From assembly GCA_030704615.1 (NCBI GenBank), contig CM060734.1, positions 49,166,001-49,230,000 of the forward strand: 64,000 nt of DNA, given 5' to 3'. The notes beneath the pieces are model-generated. The model was not told the origin of the DNA. It did no database searches and saw only the letters and a program-made list of their open reading frames with translations. Below are positions 1 through 13,554 of this stretch, in pieces. Position 1 is the first letter of the stretch, and every line of letters starts with the position of its first letter. The stretch comes from Takakia lepidozioides. Its lineage: Eukaryota > Plantae > Bryophyta. The position numbers and the translations under genes were made by a program.

Positions 1-338
1 GTATAAAAGAATCGAATTACCATATTTAAAACATTTTGAGCAAGCCCAACTTTTCTATGACATCAGTTGATTATAAATAATATAATTCTAGCAATCTTAT
101 GCTCTAAGATCAGTAGTATTTCTTCTTAAATTTGTGTGAAAAATGAAGAGAGCATGTAGGATCTCACACTGTCTTTTACCGTGTCTTGAAATCATTGAGG
201 GTTGGGAGAGGATGTCATGTACTTGCATCAACCGCGTCATCCAAGAGCTATTTCAATTCGAGATTTCATACACACTACCATGTAATATAGGTCCTTGGCA
301 AAGTTTGTAATCAGGGGACAACCTTCCAAAGAGGATAT

Positions 339-2474
339 ATGTCTTATTATTTGAATTTGAATTTATTTGTAGTCCTTTTGGGGTTCTTGCCCCTGCCATG
401 TCAAACCGATCCAATAAATTTAGTGAAAAATGGTGATTTTGAGGATATGCCATTTACTTTGGATGTATCGGATCCACTCAAGGATATTGGAACATTCTGG
501 AGGTTCACAACGTCTATTCCAAACTGGAAAGTGATTTCAAGCTATGTCCAAGTAATTTTTTCCTTATAATTTTTGTCAAGATGAAGTTTTTGAGGGAAAC
601 TTACTAACACTGATGTACCAGCAACTTCAGTTTTTTTTCTTTTGTTAGACTAATTTTGATTGCGCATGCTGAATTTTTCAGTGTTTTTTCTATTGTTAGA
701 CTAAGATGGCATTAAAAAAAAATCCATAATTTTGATCGCGCATGATGAATTTGTCAATTAGGCCAACCTTGAAAATTTCTCACCCCGAGTTGTTATGTAT
801 TGGTTTAATTGTTTGCAGGTTTTTTCATCCCAGGCATTCCAACCCGCAGTTGCAAACTCGTCTTTTTGTGTGCATTTGAATGGAAAAACTGGCCCAGGGA
901 AAATGGAGAGTGTCACTCTTGTCGCCCCTCGTCACAAAGCACTTTACAATTTCTCAATGCGCATTACGGGAAATCCCGATGGTGGTCCTCTCTATAAACA
1001 AGTTCAAATATCAATTTCTGAGAAATACTGGCTCGTTTTCTACCAAGTAAAGCACAAATTTTTTTTGGCTCAAGGTGATCCGTACATGACCCGAATCCCT
1101 TTGATGTGGATACCACAACAATGGGACTTTGTTGGGTCCGGAAAGGACACCAAATTGACATTCCAGAGCATCACTGACGGCAACTTGGGAATGCTTATTG
1201 ATAATATTCAGGTATGATTATTAAGGAAATTAATATCATGCAACATTTGATTCGCCACAATTAGTATCTTTATGGACGGAGCTCTAAAAACAACAACTTC
1301 AAAATCAATGTGAATATTATGGAAAAAACATAGTCTATAGATGGTTAATATAAAAAGAATTTATCCTAGAAACCATGACTGAGAAACTCAAAGCTCCGAT
1401 TACAAATCATCACAACAAAGTTCAAAAGAAAAAGAAAAAAAGAAAACATCATGCATCAAGAATGATTTAATGAAATACATATTATTAACTCGGACCTTTA
1501 ATAAACATTTTTTTTTATTAAGGTGGTTAAAGGTCTCCACGGTCCAACGAAAGGCAGTAGTCCCTAGGGATGAGACACCATAATTTACGCTTACTTTGGG
1601 AGGCGTCATCCTTTTATTTTAAGGTGGTCCTTAACAATTTGCTCGACAACGGGAGCTTTGAGAATGTAGACAAGAGTTACTTGTACGCAACAAACATATT
1701 ATCCGCCCCCTCATTGGCAATCCAAGGATGGCTTGTAGAATCAGGAAATATCAAATTTCTCCGCGGCGCGAGATTCATATCGTCCGACAACAGCCCTAGT
1801 GTTATTGATCTCAATGGAAACACCTCAGGCACCATATCCATAATTGTTCCAACAAAAATGGACGCATGGTATTCTATACTTTTCGACATCGCAACCAACC
1901 CAGAAGCTGGCAATGGCACTGCTGACATATCTGCAAGTTTGATCCTCAATATCACTAGTCAAGCAAGTGGAAAACAACAGGCAATCAACACATACAAGGT
2001 GAGTATTGAATACACCATACACTCATTTAGAACAGATACCCCCCTATAGTTGTGATAGTTGTGATACTAAGCAGAATTGTTTGAATGTTTGTAGATTAAT
2101 GAAACATATTTATATATTAACGAAATACATACCTATATAACTATAGTTATATTTATTATGCTTTGATAAAATAAAAAGATCTTTGTTTCCAGGTGGGCAG
2201 GAAAAAAGGGTATGATGCCAATACAGTGTTCTGGAACACATTTGAGCTAAGTTTTCGGGCTGTGAGGAGCAATGCGGTAAGGATACAATTTATAAGTGTA
2301 TCAAAAGGAGTTTTCGGTCCGATTTTGGACAATGTTCAGGTCTTCCAGCACAAAACTTCATTGTCGTCGTCAACTTCGTCCCTGACAAAGCTCCATTTTC
2401 AAATTACACTAACAAAAATTCTCCAATGCCTTGTGACGACAATATTGACACTCACAGTCTGTTCTATGCCTTGA
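339..2474 (+). CDS. DUF642-like secreted cell-wall protein with two galactose-binding-like domains; exons 339-551, 819-1211, 1624-1998, 2193-2474 (~420 aa)
   Basis: N-terminal signal peptide; repeated NLVKNGDFE/NLLDNGSFE starts and GMLIDNIQV/GPILDNVQV ends of two domains; all three GT-AG introns are phase 0; hydrophobic C-tail (possible GPI signal). Confidence 0.8.
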
Positions 2475-4391
2475 CCATCCCAAAATTAATTAAATTATTT
2501 AAGTTGATTATTTATTCATTAAATCTGAGAGGCCAGCCATTGTTGTTTGCTGCTAATCTCAGCAAGAAGACACAATTGTCCTTGTACTCTGCAAACTGTC
2601 CAGCTGAGTTTGTGAAGCCTTTGGACTAGGGAAGAGAGAAAGAGAGTGAGAGTGCTGTCCACATATATGCAAAGCACCCACAACCAAACCGGCTGATGGG
2701 GCTCCGCACTGTAAAAGAGAGAAAGGGAACCATGGTAATGAATAAAATGAGCAAGATGTAGAGGAAGCAATCCATTCAGCCTGCTCCAGGGATCTCAAGC
2801 AGACCAAGATTGGATGCACCTGAAAACTTGTCAAGGCTAGCTTACCTACAAACACAAGCAGGAGAAAATGCGGTGTTCCACCTGAATAAGATGGTGTATG
2901 TGGTTGTGTGTTTTAGGTACTTACTGGTTGCAAGGATTCAGATCCCCTGCCATAGCCTAGGGTTGTCACACCCACCCACTGTGGGCCCCGCCCCAACGTT
3001 GAACTAATGACAGATCCTTCATCTCTGCACTAAGCTAAGATGATGCAGATTTGACAGAAAAGGGAGAGAAATGGGAGGGAAGTGGAATGTAGGACGAAAC
3101 TGACTCATCTTTATTGTCGGATCGTAAGTGGTTGGTTGGGTGATCCGGACTTCAAGCTGTCACCTGAGTCATGTGATTCCATCTAAGTAGGTGAAGTCAT
3201 CTACCGTGTTCTTGGCTACAAGGGTACCTACTTTACATGCTTTGGGTTCATTATGGGGAAAACAGCTAGTCAAACTTTCCACGAACATCCATCGCATGGT
3301 CCACTCTGTTGCTATCGAGTGATGCTCCGGTTATCCTACAGAATGTTACTACTGAACTTCAACATACATAGTTATGTTAAACAGCTATGTTGTTATGAGG
3401 AAGAATGGCATAGGCCAGTCCATTCATGTGTGGCTTAAAGCCCATATTTGGGGTGTCCACACCACACTCCAGGCAAGATTCGTGATTATGAAAGCAAAAG
3501 ACTGCCCTGCTTAAGCTCCATGAACACAAAGCACGAGTGGAGTGACGAAACATGGGTGGCCACAACACATCATGACCACATAAAAGAGGTAAGACAAAGA
3601 GGAAAAGAATACCTCGATGACTGCAGCAAGCTGAAACTCTTTGTCACATTAATGAGAGGCTTTTGTGACTTGAAGCACATGTTTGAGCACAATATGTTGA
3701 TTCGGCTCAAGCTATCTTGGCGGCAGTTGTGCCCTGGTGGATGTGAGCAAGGATGCAATATTGGCCCTCGTTTGCCTCATCCTGCAGCACAAGGCTTTCA
3801 GCACAAGTGAATGCCTCAATTTTGGACAAACCACCTGTTTAAGCAACTAGTAATTCATTCTCGCTACCTAACATATTTGCAAGGCATGTTGGATGCCACC
3901 AGCTATATGCAGAGCTGAAGTCTATGCTCTTTGCGATTAAACCACACTACAAAAGAACACTGACCTGGTCTCTCTCACTCTCCCCTGATGATTCCGCACA
4001 GGAGCTGCCAGAGAGCTGGTGGGCTCCCCCCATTCTCCTCCTCACAAACCTGGCCTACTTAGCTAACAAAAAAAGGGCGAGGTTTTTTCGTGAGGGGTGT
4101 GTCAGCCGAGAGAGGGGAGGTGGCCAGCCTCTCCCGAGGGCTCGTAGTCACCGGGATGCGGGTCCTTCACAGGGGGGACTTTCCGCGGGGGGAATCCTCG
4201 CATGCTTCTTTGCAGGCTCACGCACAGCGCCGGATTCGACCCAGCACTCCTGTTGGAACGCGCAGTGTTCTAACCAGAGAGTCAGGTCTGCATGGACCTA
4301 ATAAAATGTAACATCAAATTACTTACAGATGAAAAATGAATACATGGAAGTCTGAGAGGTTTTTTAACTCATTCAGTCCTTCGCTTCGTAC

Positions 4392-5057
4392 TTATCTGCC
4401 GCCTGAGCCAGCAAGCAACTGACTGGGAGGTAATAGGCCACTCTCAAGCTCATACCACCCCAATGCTGGACCTATAAACCTGAACACAATCCAGCCCCCA
4501 ATGATCCCATATATAGAGGCATAAGCAAGCTTATTCAGCCAAAAAAGGATTCCTTTCTCTCCTATATAAAGTGCCCACATTTTCTCAGGTAGAGCCATTG
4601 TTTCCCAGTCCTTAGGTTTTTCTTTCCGTATTGGTGCAGATTTAACGTTGGTGGTTTCGCTAGCCCCTCCCCGGCGAGCCCGCCTGCCAACCCCAAGGCG
4701 GGCTTCTAGTTCGTCTATACTGGCATCTGACTGCTGTAATTCTGTTTCTGCTTCCCCCTGATTCTTATCCACAGCGCAAAGAACACAGCCTCCATGCTCG
4801 TACTTCCATAATACTTGGTTGTAACCCTTACAGCTCCTTTGGGCATGTCTTCTTGGCAAAGAGAGTGAACTGAGTGTGGAGTTCCTCAAATCCTCGCTGC
4901 CTCTTGCATTCTTCCAAACAGTGACAAGACCAGATGTTAGATTGAAGAACTCTTGTTGCAACAAGACATAAGAGGGCCTCCAAGTTGGAAGCACCCAGGA
5001 AAGGAGATTTTGGGTCTCCCCTTGACTAGAATGAGATCGCGCCATCAAGCGATTCAT
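4392..5057 (-). CDS. Conserved plant protein of unknown function, probably chloroplast membrane (one C-terminal TM helix)
   Basis: 221-aa ORF with Ser/Arg-rich transit-like N-terminus and a conserved-looking C-terminal block KDWETM..EKMWALYIGEKGILFWLNKLAYASIYGIIGGWIVFRFIGPALG. Confidence 0.7.
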   Translation of the reverse strand: MNRLMARSHSSQGETQNLLSWVLPTWRPSYVLLQQEFFNLTSGLVTVWKNARGSEDLRNSTLSSLSLPRRHAQRSCKGYNQVLWKYEHGGCVLCAVDKNQGEAETELQQSDASIDELEARLGVGRRARRGGASETTNVKSAPIRKEKPKDWETMALPEKMWALYIGEKGILFWLNKLAYASIYGIIGGWIVFRFIGPALGWYELESGLLPPSQLLAGSGGR

Positions 5058-7421
5058 GTAAACTTTGCAGTAGGAATCTCAAACCATGTTGTCTAGACTG
5101 TAAGGTGGTATCCTGTCATTGATTTGAATTCCAAATCTGATAATTGGGTAATTCCTTCAGAACGAACCATCTGCGTAATCACCTGAATTGTGCATTATAT
5201 GTTACATCTGTCATAGATGCAGTGATTGCTGAATGCAGCAGTTCTGCTCAGATAAGAATCTCTGATTCATTACCAAAAACATCCTGAATTAGCACTGCCT
5301 GTACCCACCAAGCCTCGTCACAGGAGTGGAAACCCAAGTACCTTGTGATGGCACATTAAAAGAGTTCGAACTAGCCTGGCAACTAGAATCTCGTCAGCGA
5401 TGATAAAGACAGCTAAGGAACATTAACAAACCCATTTTCATACCTGCCTTCATTTATCTCTTCCCTAGTTGCTCATACATTCCACAGATATTGCTGTATC
5501 ATAAGAAGCAGTAAATTCATCAACAGGTGGGCAGCCATGAGAAACCAAGCAGCACGTAAGAGGTTTAATCTCTCACCCACACACTCCACGACCACAAAGT
5601 ATCCGCATGCTTAAATCCAGTCCAGGGATCCCAAAAACCGAGACAAGTATGGGCGGAGAATGTCTCGAAAAATCCATAGTACTATGAAAAAAAAATCCTT
5701 CATAGTCAATGATTTCTCTATTGACGAAGATACATTGTGGCACATAAACTGTAACTCTAGAACCAGTATGATGCTCATTCGTTACATGCCCCCTCGTTCT
5801 TTTCTAGATTCACCGCTAAAACCCTAAAATCAAGTCATGTCAATCAAAAAGTTGGGCGGTGCATCCGTTCACATTTCACTATCACCAACGAGAATCTTCT
5901 AACCCCAAACTATGTCACCTTTCAAGATACTCAAAAAGTGGAGGGGGGGGGGGGGGGGGGGAGGGGAGGGGAGGGGGGAGAGTGCTTCCACCTCTTTGAT
6001 GGTGGTCCTCAGAGACCAACCCTTTCCAAACGCCAGGGATGGAGAAAAACCAATTTTCAACGCGCTGGAGTATGCTGCAACTACTGCCATTGCTAGGCCT
6101 GAAGGTAAGGGGTTCGGAAGCAATAGGAGGGGGCCGGAAGTCCTGTGCACAGATTTGTTGACTCTGGAAAATTCAAGCAGTGACAGTCATATTAGAGGAA
6201 ATTGAAGGAAGAGTGACGGAGAGAGAGAGAGAGAAAAGCATTGAGCCACTCCAATGTTCAGAGGGGGAAGAGCTACTATGGATGAAAGAGGCGGGCAAGG
6301 GGATGAGCATTGTGCACTGAAGGATGAAAGTTTGAAAGATGAATACGATCACAGAGAATTAGGAAGCTGTAAAAATCTTGTCAGCCAGAGGTTCAGATAT
6401 TAACAGAAGCAGAAGCAGGTTTCGAATTTCTGACTGCAAATGCAGGCTGGGTTGGGTTGCGGCTATGGAAGGAGCGGGCTCAGAACTCTAGCAGAAGCTG
6501 TTGAACCCTCACCAAGAAAGCAATCTCCATCAATGCATAAACCGAAAGACTGCATAGATAGAGCATGGCATCCATGCCAATAAGGAGTTAGATTCTTAAG
6601 GCTTCATTGACATGACTTTTGGGCTTTGAGACTGTGTATCTCAGTTCTGGGTTGATGGTTTGTAAGAATTGTGGCTCTCACATAAGCAGCTTTGTGCTAG
6701 GAACACACTATGGTCCATAGTGCTAACAAGAACAAACAAACTTGGGGGGATTCACTGTTGATGTGGGAGCAAGATTTGATTTAAAAAACAAACCTGCCCT
6801 CACATCTGAGCAGCTTTGTGCCAGAGATTGTCGGAGTATGCACACAAGATTAGATAAAAAACTTGATTGGAAACAGCTCCTGTACAAGAGAGAAAGAACT
6901 CATACTTACATTCCACCCAGGATTCAGACCAAAGCTTGTTTCCAATTCCTGAACTGAAAGCCTTAAAAGATGCTTTCAAACAGGCCTTTTTGTCACCTAT
7001 CTGCCTATGTGACCAGAGGACCCCTTTCCGTTGTCATCCCAGCCACAGTTAAGAGCATCGATGCTTGAAAATAGTCTCCACAATTGCTAACAAATCCCTT
7101 TCTACAAAGGTGCACATATTTGAACATATGTGTCTTGCACAACTACTGCATGTCACTTTTAAATTTGTACAATCTCTAGCCGCCACAATGGCGTATTGCT
7201 AACACTTTTCAAAGAAATTCATGCCTCTGTCTCCCAACTCTTGATTTCTGTGCCTCAATGTGTGCCTTGACTAGTAAACCAGCATATCAGAGCAAAAAGA
7301 ACCTCAATAACATAAAATTCTCCATCTTACAAGAGCAGGCAGTAGACATCTGTCATCAAAGGCTCAAAAGGGATGGCCTTTCCAAATGCACAGGATTTCT
7401 GAAGATGGGGTGTGCAAAAGC

Positions 7422-8398
7422 CTACATTGAGGCCCGGGTCCTTGCTTTACTTTGCACAAACTCCACAACAAGGTTTGCAAGCTGACTTTGGTGCAACGTG
7501 TAATTGTGATCAGCCCCCTCCACAATTCGAAGGCTGTGGGTGGGAATTCTTTTGTCAAACTCATGAGCATCTTCTGCCGGCACAGTTTCATCGACTGAGC
7601 CATGGACTGTTAAAACCTGACAGTGCTTGGGAATGGCCAAAGACGCAGTATGCATGTCTGTGCTCAATCTCTCTTGCATACTCTGTTTGGTGACGCTATA
7701 CTCGATGTTTCCAGCTCTATCCCTCACGTATAGGATCCCATCCTCTTCCAGTTTTCGAAGCGCTTTCTTCCCACCCAGTCGAGCATTGATGCCTGCAGAG
7801 AGTGGCCGTAGATAAGGACATACCCAAAGACCTCACAAGGACAACTGGAACACAATCACTGCTCATTTGTCAGCAAGACACGGATCCCTAACTATCATAA
7901 GATCAGGAATTGGCAATGATTACCTCTCTCCAGCGCAAAGCGCGCGCTGATGTTGACGATGGTAGGAACATCCCCGTACTTGGATGCATACAGCAACACA
8001 GCGTTTCCTCCTTTACTGTGGCCGATAAGCGATACAACACGCCAGCCAAGAGAGGTCCAGTAGCTGACAACTGCCCTAAGGTCCTCGGCCTCCCTCCAGT
8101 AATTTCCGTATGCAAACCCGCCTTCGCTCTCGCCATTGCCAGAGAAATCAAAACGGAAGGTGCTGATTCCTACTTCCATAAGCGCCTTTGAGATACTGCC
8201 CAGAGTATTGAGTTCCTTCGAAGAGCGGAAGCCATGGCAGAGGATGCAAAGCTCTTTGGATCCATCCTCGTTCAAAACTCCCACTAGTTTCAGGCCCACG
8301 CCATTCTCAATGACAACCCTCTTGTTTGAATTGTCCCTGGAGGGATCAGCCGCATCTATAACAGCTACAGAGGGTTGGTTCGAAGCGGGATCAGACAT
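7422..8398 (-). CDS. Alpha/beta-hydrolase (esterase, Hydrolase_4-like); exons 8398-7924 and 7792-7422 (~281 aa)
   Basis: LCHGFRS, FRFDFSGNGES, nucleophile motif GHSKG, VHGSVDETVP (Asp), EGADH (His); phase-1 GT-AG intron joins two ORFs in frame. Upstream exons cannot be excluded. Confidence 0.9.
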
Positions 8399-8529
8399 CG
8401 TTGGCCACTGGAATCTTTCTCTTCTTATCTAGGAACCATCCTCAACAATACTGGCTCACATGATGAAACCCTGTAAGACTTTATTTACAACATGTACAAT
8501 GGGTGAACGAGTATATGATCTGAAGTTCC

Positions 8530-11500
8530 AAAAAGGAGGGGGGGGGGAAAACAAGAAACAAGAGAAGAAAACAAAAAGCTATAGTAAGCTACTCAGCTAG
8601 AGAAAAAAACAAAAGCTATAGTAAGCTACTCAACCAGCGACGAAAACAAAAGCTATAGTAAACTACTCAAGCAGAGCGACCCTCCCAACCAACAGCCTGG
8701 AGGAGATCAGGCAAGGAGATAGGCAAAGTGTCATGTAGAGGCGGAAGACGAGATAACGCGGAGCTAGCCACATCAGCCCGATGCAAAATAGAGATGGCTT
8801 GTGCTCTCTGCAAAGCAACTGAAACACGTTGTCGATAGTAGGCGACAAGGACGGAGGCATGTCGGATGCCAGTGGACCTCCTCTTGGCCGCAGGAAATCG
8901 TCGAAGTGTCGGTGCAATGAGCCAAATATTTCGACCGCCAATGGAAGAAATGTGTCGGTGGGGTAACGATCACTATAGTCGCGCTCCTTGGCCTGGGCTG
9001 CTACAGTGGCTGCCGTGCCTGGTGTGGTAGCTGCGCGAGATAGCAGATCCGCTCGAGTGGGGTCGGCGAGAACGACATCTGCTAAGGTACGCAAACCATC
9101 TCTAGATAGGACAATGTCAACACGGCGACGTGTAGAGTAGGACGTGAGCGTGGGTCGTAGATGAGGTTGCTCACGCAGTACATGATACCCTGCCTCCCAA
9201 GCGATAGATGCCACCGCATCGCGAACCATATCAAGAGACGCAGTGCGCTCACCACCACATGAACAGCGGAGGAGATGGATGGCAAGGTCATCGATGGGCT
9301 GAAGACAGACGCAGCGTTGAAGGCCCAATGCCGAAAGATGAGGCAAACCGAGTCGAAGGCGGAGCGCAGTAGTGAAAATAGGGGATGAGAGGCGAAAATG
9401 TGCGATAGTGGGTCGTGCTGTCAACCATGCCCCTGCTCCGGGTCCTGCGCATGATAGAAGTCGGGCTCGATGCAACTCAAAAGAAGCACTTAAGAACATG
9501 CCGGAAAAGGAATGACGGTGCACGCGCTCGGAAATGGACTCCTGAAGATGGTCGAGGCCTTGAGCAACCAACTGCTCAAATGGTGGTAGACATGCTCGCG
9601 CCGGTGCCGGAAGAAGATCTCGTGCAGAGCGGAGATGCTGCTGGAAGGGTAAAATGCCACTGTCGACATATGCAACGGCGTCCATAAGGATGGGACGATG
9701 GTCACAGAGAAATCGTGAAGCGAGGGCTGGCGCCACCAATGCCCAACTATCGAGGAAAGCTGACGGGGCGGTAGTGACAGTGGACAAAAGACCCACACCA
9801 CCGAAAGAGACGGGCAAGGTAGCTTGTTGTCGTGGCAAAAGACCCTGAGCACCCTCCAGAGCTCCTGGTCCTAACAATATCCCGAAGATAGTCATCATGG
9901 TAGTATCAAACCCAGATAAGAGGTGTAGGAAATCTGGGCTGGGTGGAACAGTGCGCAAGAGATATGAGGGACGCTGAAGGAAACATTTGGTCAAGATTCC
10001 ATATGCTACTTGTACATCTCCGAGCCTAGGAAGGAGATCGGCGTGGGTGGCATCCTGGTGGAGTACATCTTCCAAGAAGGACGTTGTGAACTGGGTGGTG
10101 CCAAAAGGGACTCCCAGGATTCTGATGCCATTGGGCAGAGCAATGAAGTGAGCAAGGAGGACAAAATCTGCAGGGAGACTGGACGGAGACCACACCGCAC
10201 ATTTGCGAGGTTGCACTGAAAGGCCCACGGCAAAAAGTTGGGCGACAAAATGATAGTAAGCTGAAAGTACATGTGAGGCAGGGCCTACAATGTGTGTGTC
10301 GTCTACCACCGACGGAAAAAGACAAGATGAGTGAACTTGTGCAGAAGCCGTGAGGGTGCGGACATGAGCCATGGCAAACAAAGGTCCTCCTAAAGGGTCG
10401 CCTTGGCGGGTCCCAACCTCGGACTGAATGATGGAGCACTCACCTAGGCAAGAATGATGACTGTAGTATAGGGGAGTGGTGGATGCATAGAATAATCGAA
10501 CAAACGGAATGAGCTGGTGGAAATCTCCTCCGACTGAACGGAACTCCTGAAAGATAGCCGCTCGTGACACAGTGTTGAAAGCGTTGGTGACGTCGACCTG
10601 GAGAACCACCCAATCCGGATGAAGATCAAGAGCTGCACGAATTCCCTAAACCACCGCCTCGCAACCGCCTGGAGTGGCGACCCCGAGCTGGTGCGGAAAG
10701 AGGTGTCTGGAGAAGGCATCTCGAAACTGAAGACAAAGTGAGCGGTTGACAAGGCGGTAAAGAACCTCTCCAACTGCGATAGGGCGGATGCCAGTACTTG
10801 AGGGTTTGCTCATAGCCAACAATCTGGAGGCCCTAAGGAGACGGGCCACTGGGGCAGGGATACGGCCAGCAGCAATAAAGGAGCAAATCTGAAATAGCTG
10901 AGAGAAGCCACTAGCAGAGTCATGTGGAGAGAAACAGTCGCGTAAGTGCTCATACAGGAGACCGGAATGACCTGCCGCTGCAAGATGGGAACTGCGCGTG
11001 AAAGCCTGAGTGAAAACCTCCCGATCTAGCTTGAGATCCTGGTCTGGCTCGAAGTCCTCAACAAAAAGCGGCAAAATATTCTGAGCTGATGGGTGAAGGG
11101 CTTCGAGGGCAGTGACAGTATCCGGTGATGGAGGCGCTGGTGAGGAAGGTGCTAAAGCCTTGGCCGCGCGTGAGTACTCGCCAACGCGGCCTAACATGAG
11201 ACTATGACGAAGTCGTCTGTGGGCCGATGAGGGTGGCTGCGTGGAGGAAGCGGGAGGGGCGCATGTCGCAAGGGCTAGTGCCTGTAATTGATGCTCATCT
11301 TGCAGACTCTCCCAATCTCCAGATAAAAAACGGCGAAGATGGATGCGTGTCTCTCTGTGCCCTGACTGACCGCCACGAGGAGGCAAAACCAAACACCACT
11401 GAGGAAATAACAAGAAAAGATACCATGCTGGTATATCATCAGGATCACGAGCCAGCCTGTCTAAGGGTAGATGGAGTGCTAGTTGGACCTCATGACGTAG

Positions 11501-12420
11501 TGCCATCGGAATTCTTGTATAAAGACGAGGCCTTGGCAGTCCTAGCTAAAATGCGCCTAGAACATCTAGCGCTGAAAGCCAATGCCAAGCAGAGGCAGGA
11601 GGTGGCGCGTGCAAGACACTGGGCTGAAATGGAGAAGTACCATTTGTGTAGGACTGATGAAGAGTCGCACACGTGCGCTGGTGTCGCGCAAGCCCTCTGA
11701 TGCGCGCAAAAAGACGACCACAAGCTAGGCATGGGGTATGGTCTGATGGGAGAGACGCCTGCTGTTGGGGTAAGAGTGATGGGGTCGGTAATGCAGGCTG
11801 CACAACTGGAGAAGAAGGCACGTGGAGAGGCTCATGACCAAGAGGAGTTAGCTGCCTTGAAACCGCTGTCGAGAATGGGATGCCTAGAGGAGAAGTGACT
11901 GGCGTGGGACCTCGAACCCTACCTGAGAGGCGCAGCGGGGGAGGGCTCAACAGACACTGTGAGAGTTCTTCGGTCGGTGGGGCGCCAATGGAAGAACCTG
12001 GAATCAGCGGTGGAGAAGACCGTTGTGAAGATGACGACTGATGTCTGGAGCTTGGACTCTGGTGCGCATCAAGAACATGTGAGCTAGGGGTAGGGGTACA
12101 TTGGCGTTGGGGTCTTCCAAGAGGAGCAAGTCTTCCAGTAGGAGCAGTTGCGGCTGTGTTCAGCACCTCTCGTTGCTCTGGGGAGCGAACTGCCAGGGAT
12201 GGTGGAGTAGGCAGTAAAGGGGTTGTGGTGAGGGCTGGAGTTGGCTGCCTGTACGGCGTCGGGGCTGAACAAGCTGGGGGACGAGCCGATCGAGGCCGCC
12301 TTGAAAATCTCAGTCATGTAAGAGATGCGGAGGGTAACATGAAAAAAAATGCGCTCAATCAAGGCCACCGCTCTCCCTTGCCGTTTTTGTTAGCCAGTCA
12401 TGCCAACGACATTTAGCCAA
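8530..12420 (-). mobile_element. CRE-type non-LTR retrotransposon (zinc finger + RT + restriction-like endonuclease), inactivated
   Basis: ORFs 12166-11546, 11506-10646 and 10609-8663 share one frame, broken by two TAG stops. N-terminal CLACGRLF..LARHQRTC finger; RT motifs IRPIAVGE, VDVTNAFN, GTRQGDPLG, VVDD; C-terminal CxC..H..C, RVD..ADV, AKERDY, PLAVEIFG (RLE). No APE domain. Ends approximate. Confidence 0.85.
8568..8670. repeat. Three tandem 37-bp repeats in the 3' UTR of the CRE element
   Basis: Core AAAACAAAAGCTATAGTAAGCTACTCA; GCTATAGT at 8578, 8615, 8652. Confidence 0.9.
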
Positions 12421-13554
12421 CCATAGTTGGTAGAGCAAAGTTGGACACACCTATATTCAGACTAGATGTATGCTCTTCCGAGATGGAGATCAAATCTGTT
12501 GTTGGGAAACCAATCCATGGTGACAAGTCTTGTATATGGCGTATAGCATTTCAAGCTTGGTTCAAATTTGAGTACCCATGTGGGTGTTATGAAAGTCTTA
12601 CAGTTCCTGTGTGCGCAAGATCTATCTACTGAACACAGCAAGAATCCGCAGAGAAAAACGCTTACAGGCCATGGATAGCCCCCAGATATAGTGACATTGG
12701 AGCCACACCTGATTCCTTCCAGAAAGACAGTTACACCTCATAAAATAAGCTCCGATGAATCTCCCAGTGACATAGTGGCTGTCATAGTGTGTACTTGCTC
12801 AGCTTAAGAGAGCTACTTATGTGCACGCTGCTACAAGAAGATTGCAAGTGAAGGAAGGAGGGCAGGAAGGAGGGCATCCTTCTTCAAGACAGGTTTTGCA
12901 ACTGATAATAGCCTTGACAACACAGGGAATCCTCTACCCTAGATCAACCCATTATTCTATCTAGGATATTATCTGACATGGGAGTAAACAGTATCATGAC
13001 AGGTAGTGGTTCAAACCGTGACTGTATTTCCGAGACCTCTCATGTTGCTATCAATCAAAGGTCAAACTTCATTCTAATGGTGCCCTTCAAGTCTCCACAT
13101 AGGGAAAACAACAGGATCCTTCAGAGATCAACAGCTACCTAGTCCATTCCAGCTTTGATCTTGCTGGTTGGTAACCCCCCTTCCAATCTATCCTTCTTTC
13201 TGCCTAAACTAAACCTGAGATATTGCTTCTATCTATCAGAAAAGTCCCCAAGCCCAAGTAAAATTCGTTTGACAAATACCCACTGCACATGAACTGAGGC
13301 TTTCAACTGGGACCCCTTTGTGCAGACTCTGATGTCACCGATGATATTGCACAATTTCCATTGTAAATTGGCTCCTCTAGGCCTCGCCACACACCCGGGA
13401 GTGCAAGGGCTTATGGGAAATACTAGGTTACTGAAAGATAGCATCACACTATTGCAGGCACATCATTTCCATTGTCACCCTTCACCTGTAGCATTCAAAG
13501 CATGTTGCCTCTGTCTAGAGTTTCAACATAGAAGTAAGTAAATGGGAAGGTAAG

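Noticed and set aside
3300-4300. Possible decayed LINE tail and a hammerhead-like CTGATGA near 3985
   Set aside because: No diagnostic protein motif; the GAAA half of the hammerhead core is missing.
5941-5979. Long G tract and overlapping Gly/Pro-rich ORFs
   Set aside because: Low-complexity sequence; G-quadruplex potential only, with no coding evidence.
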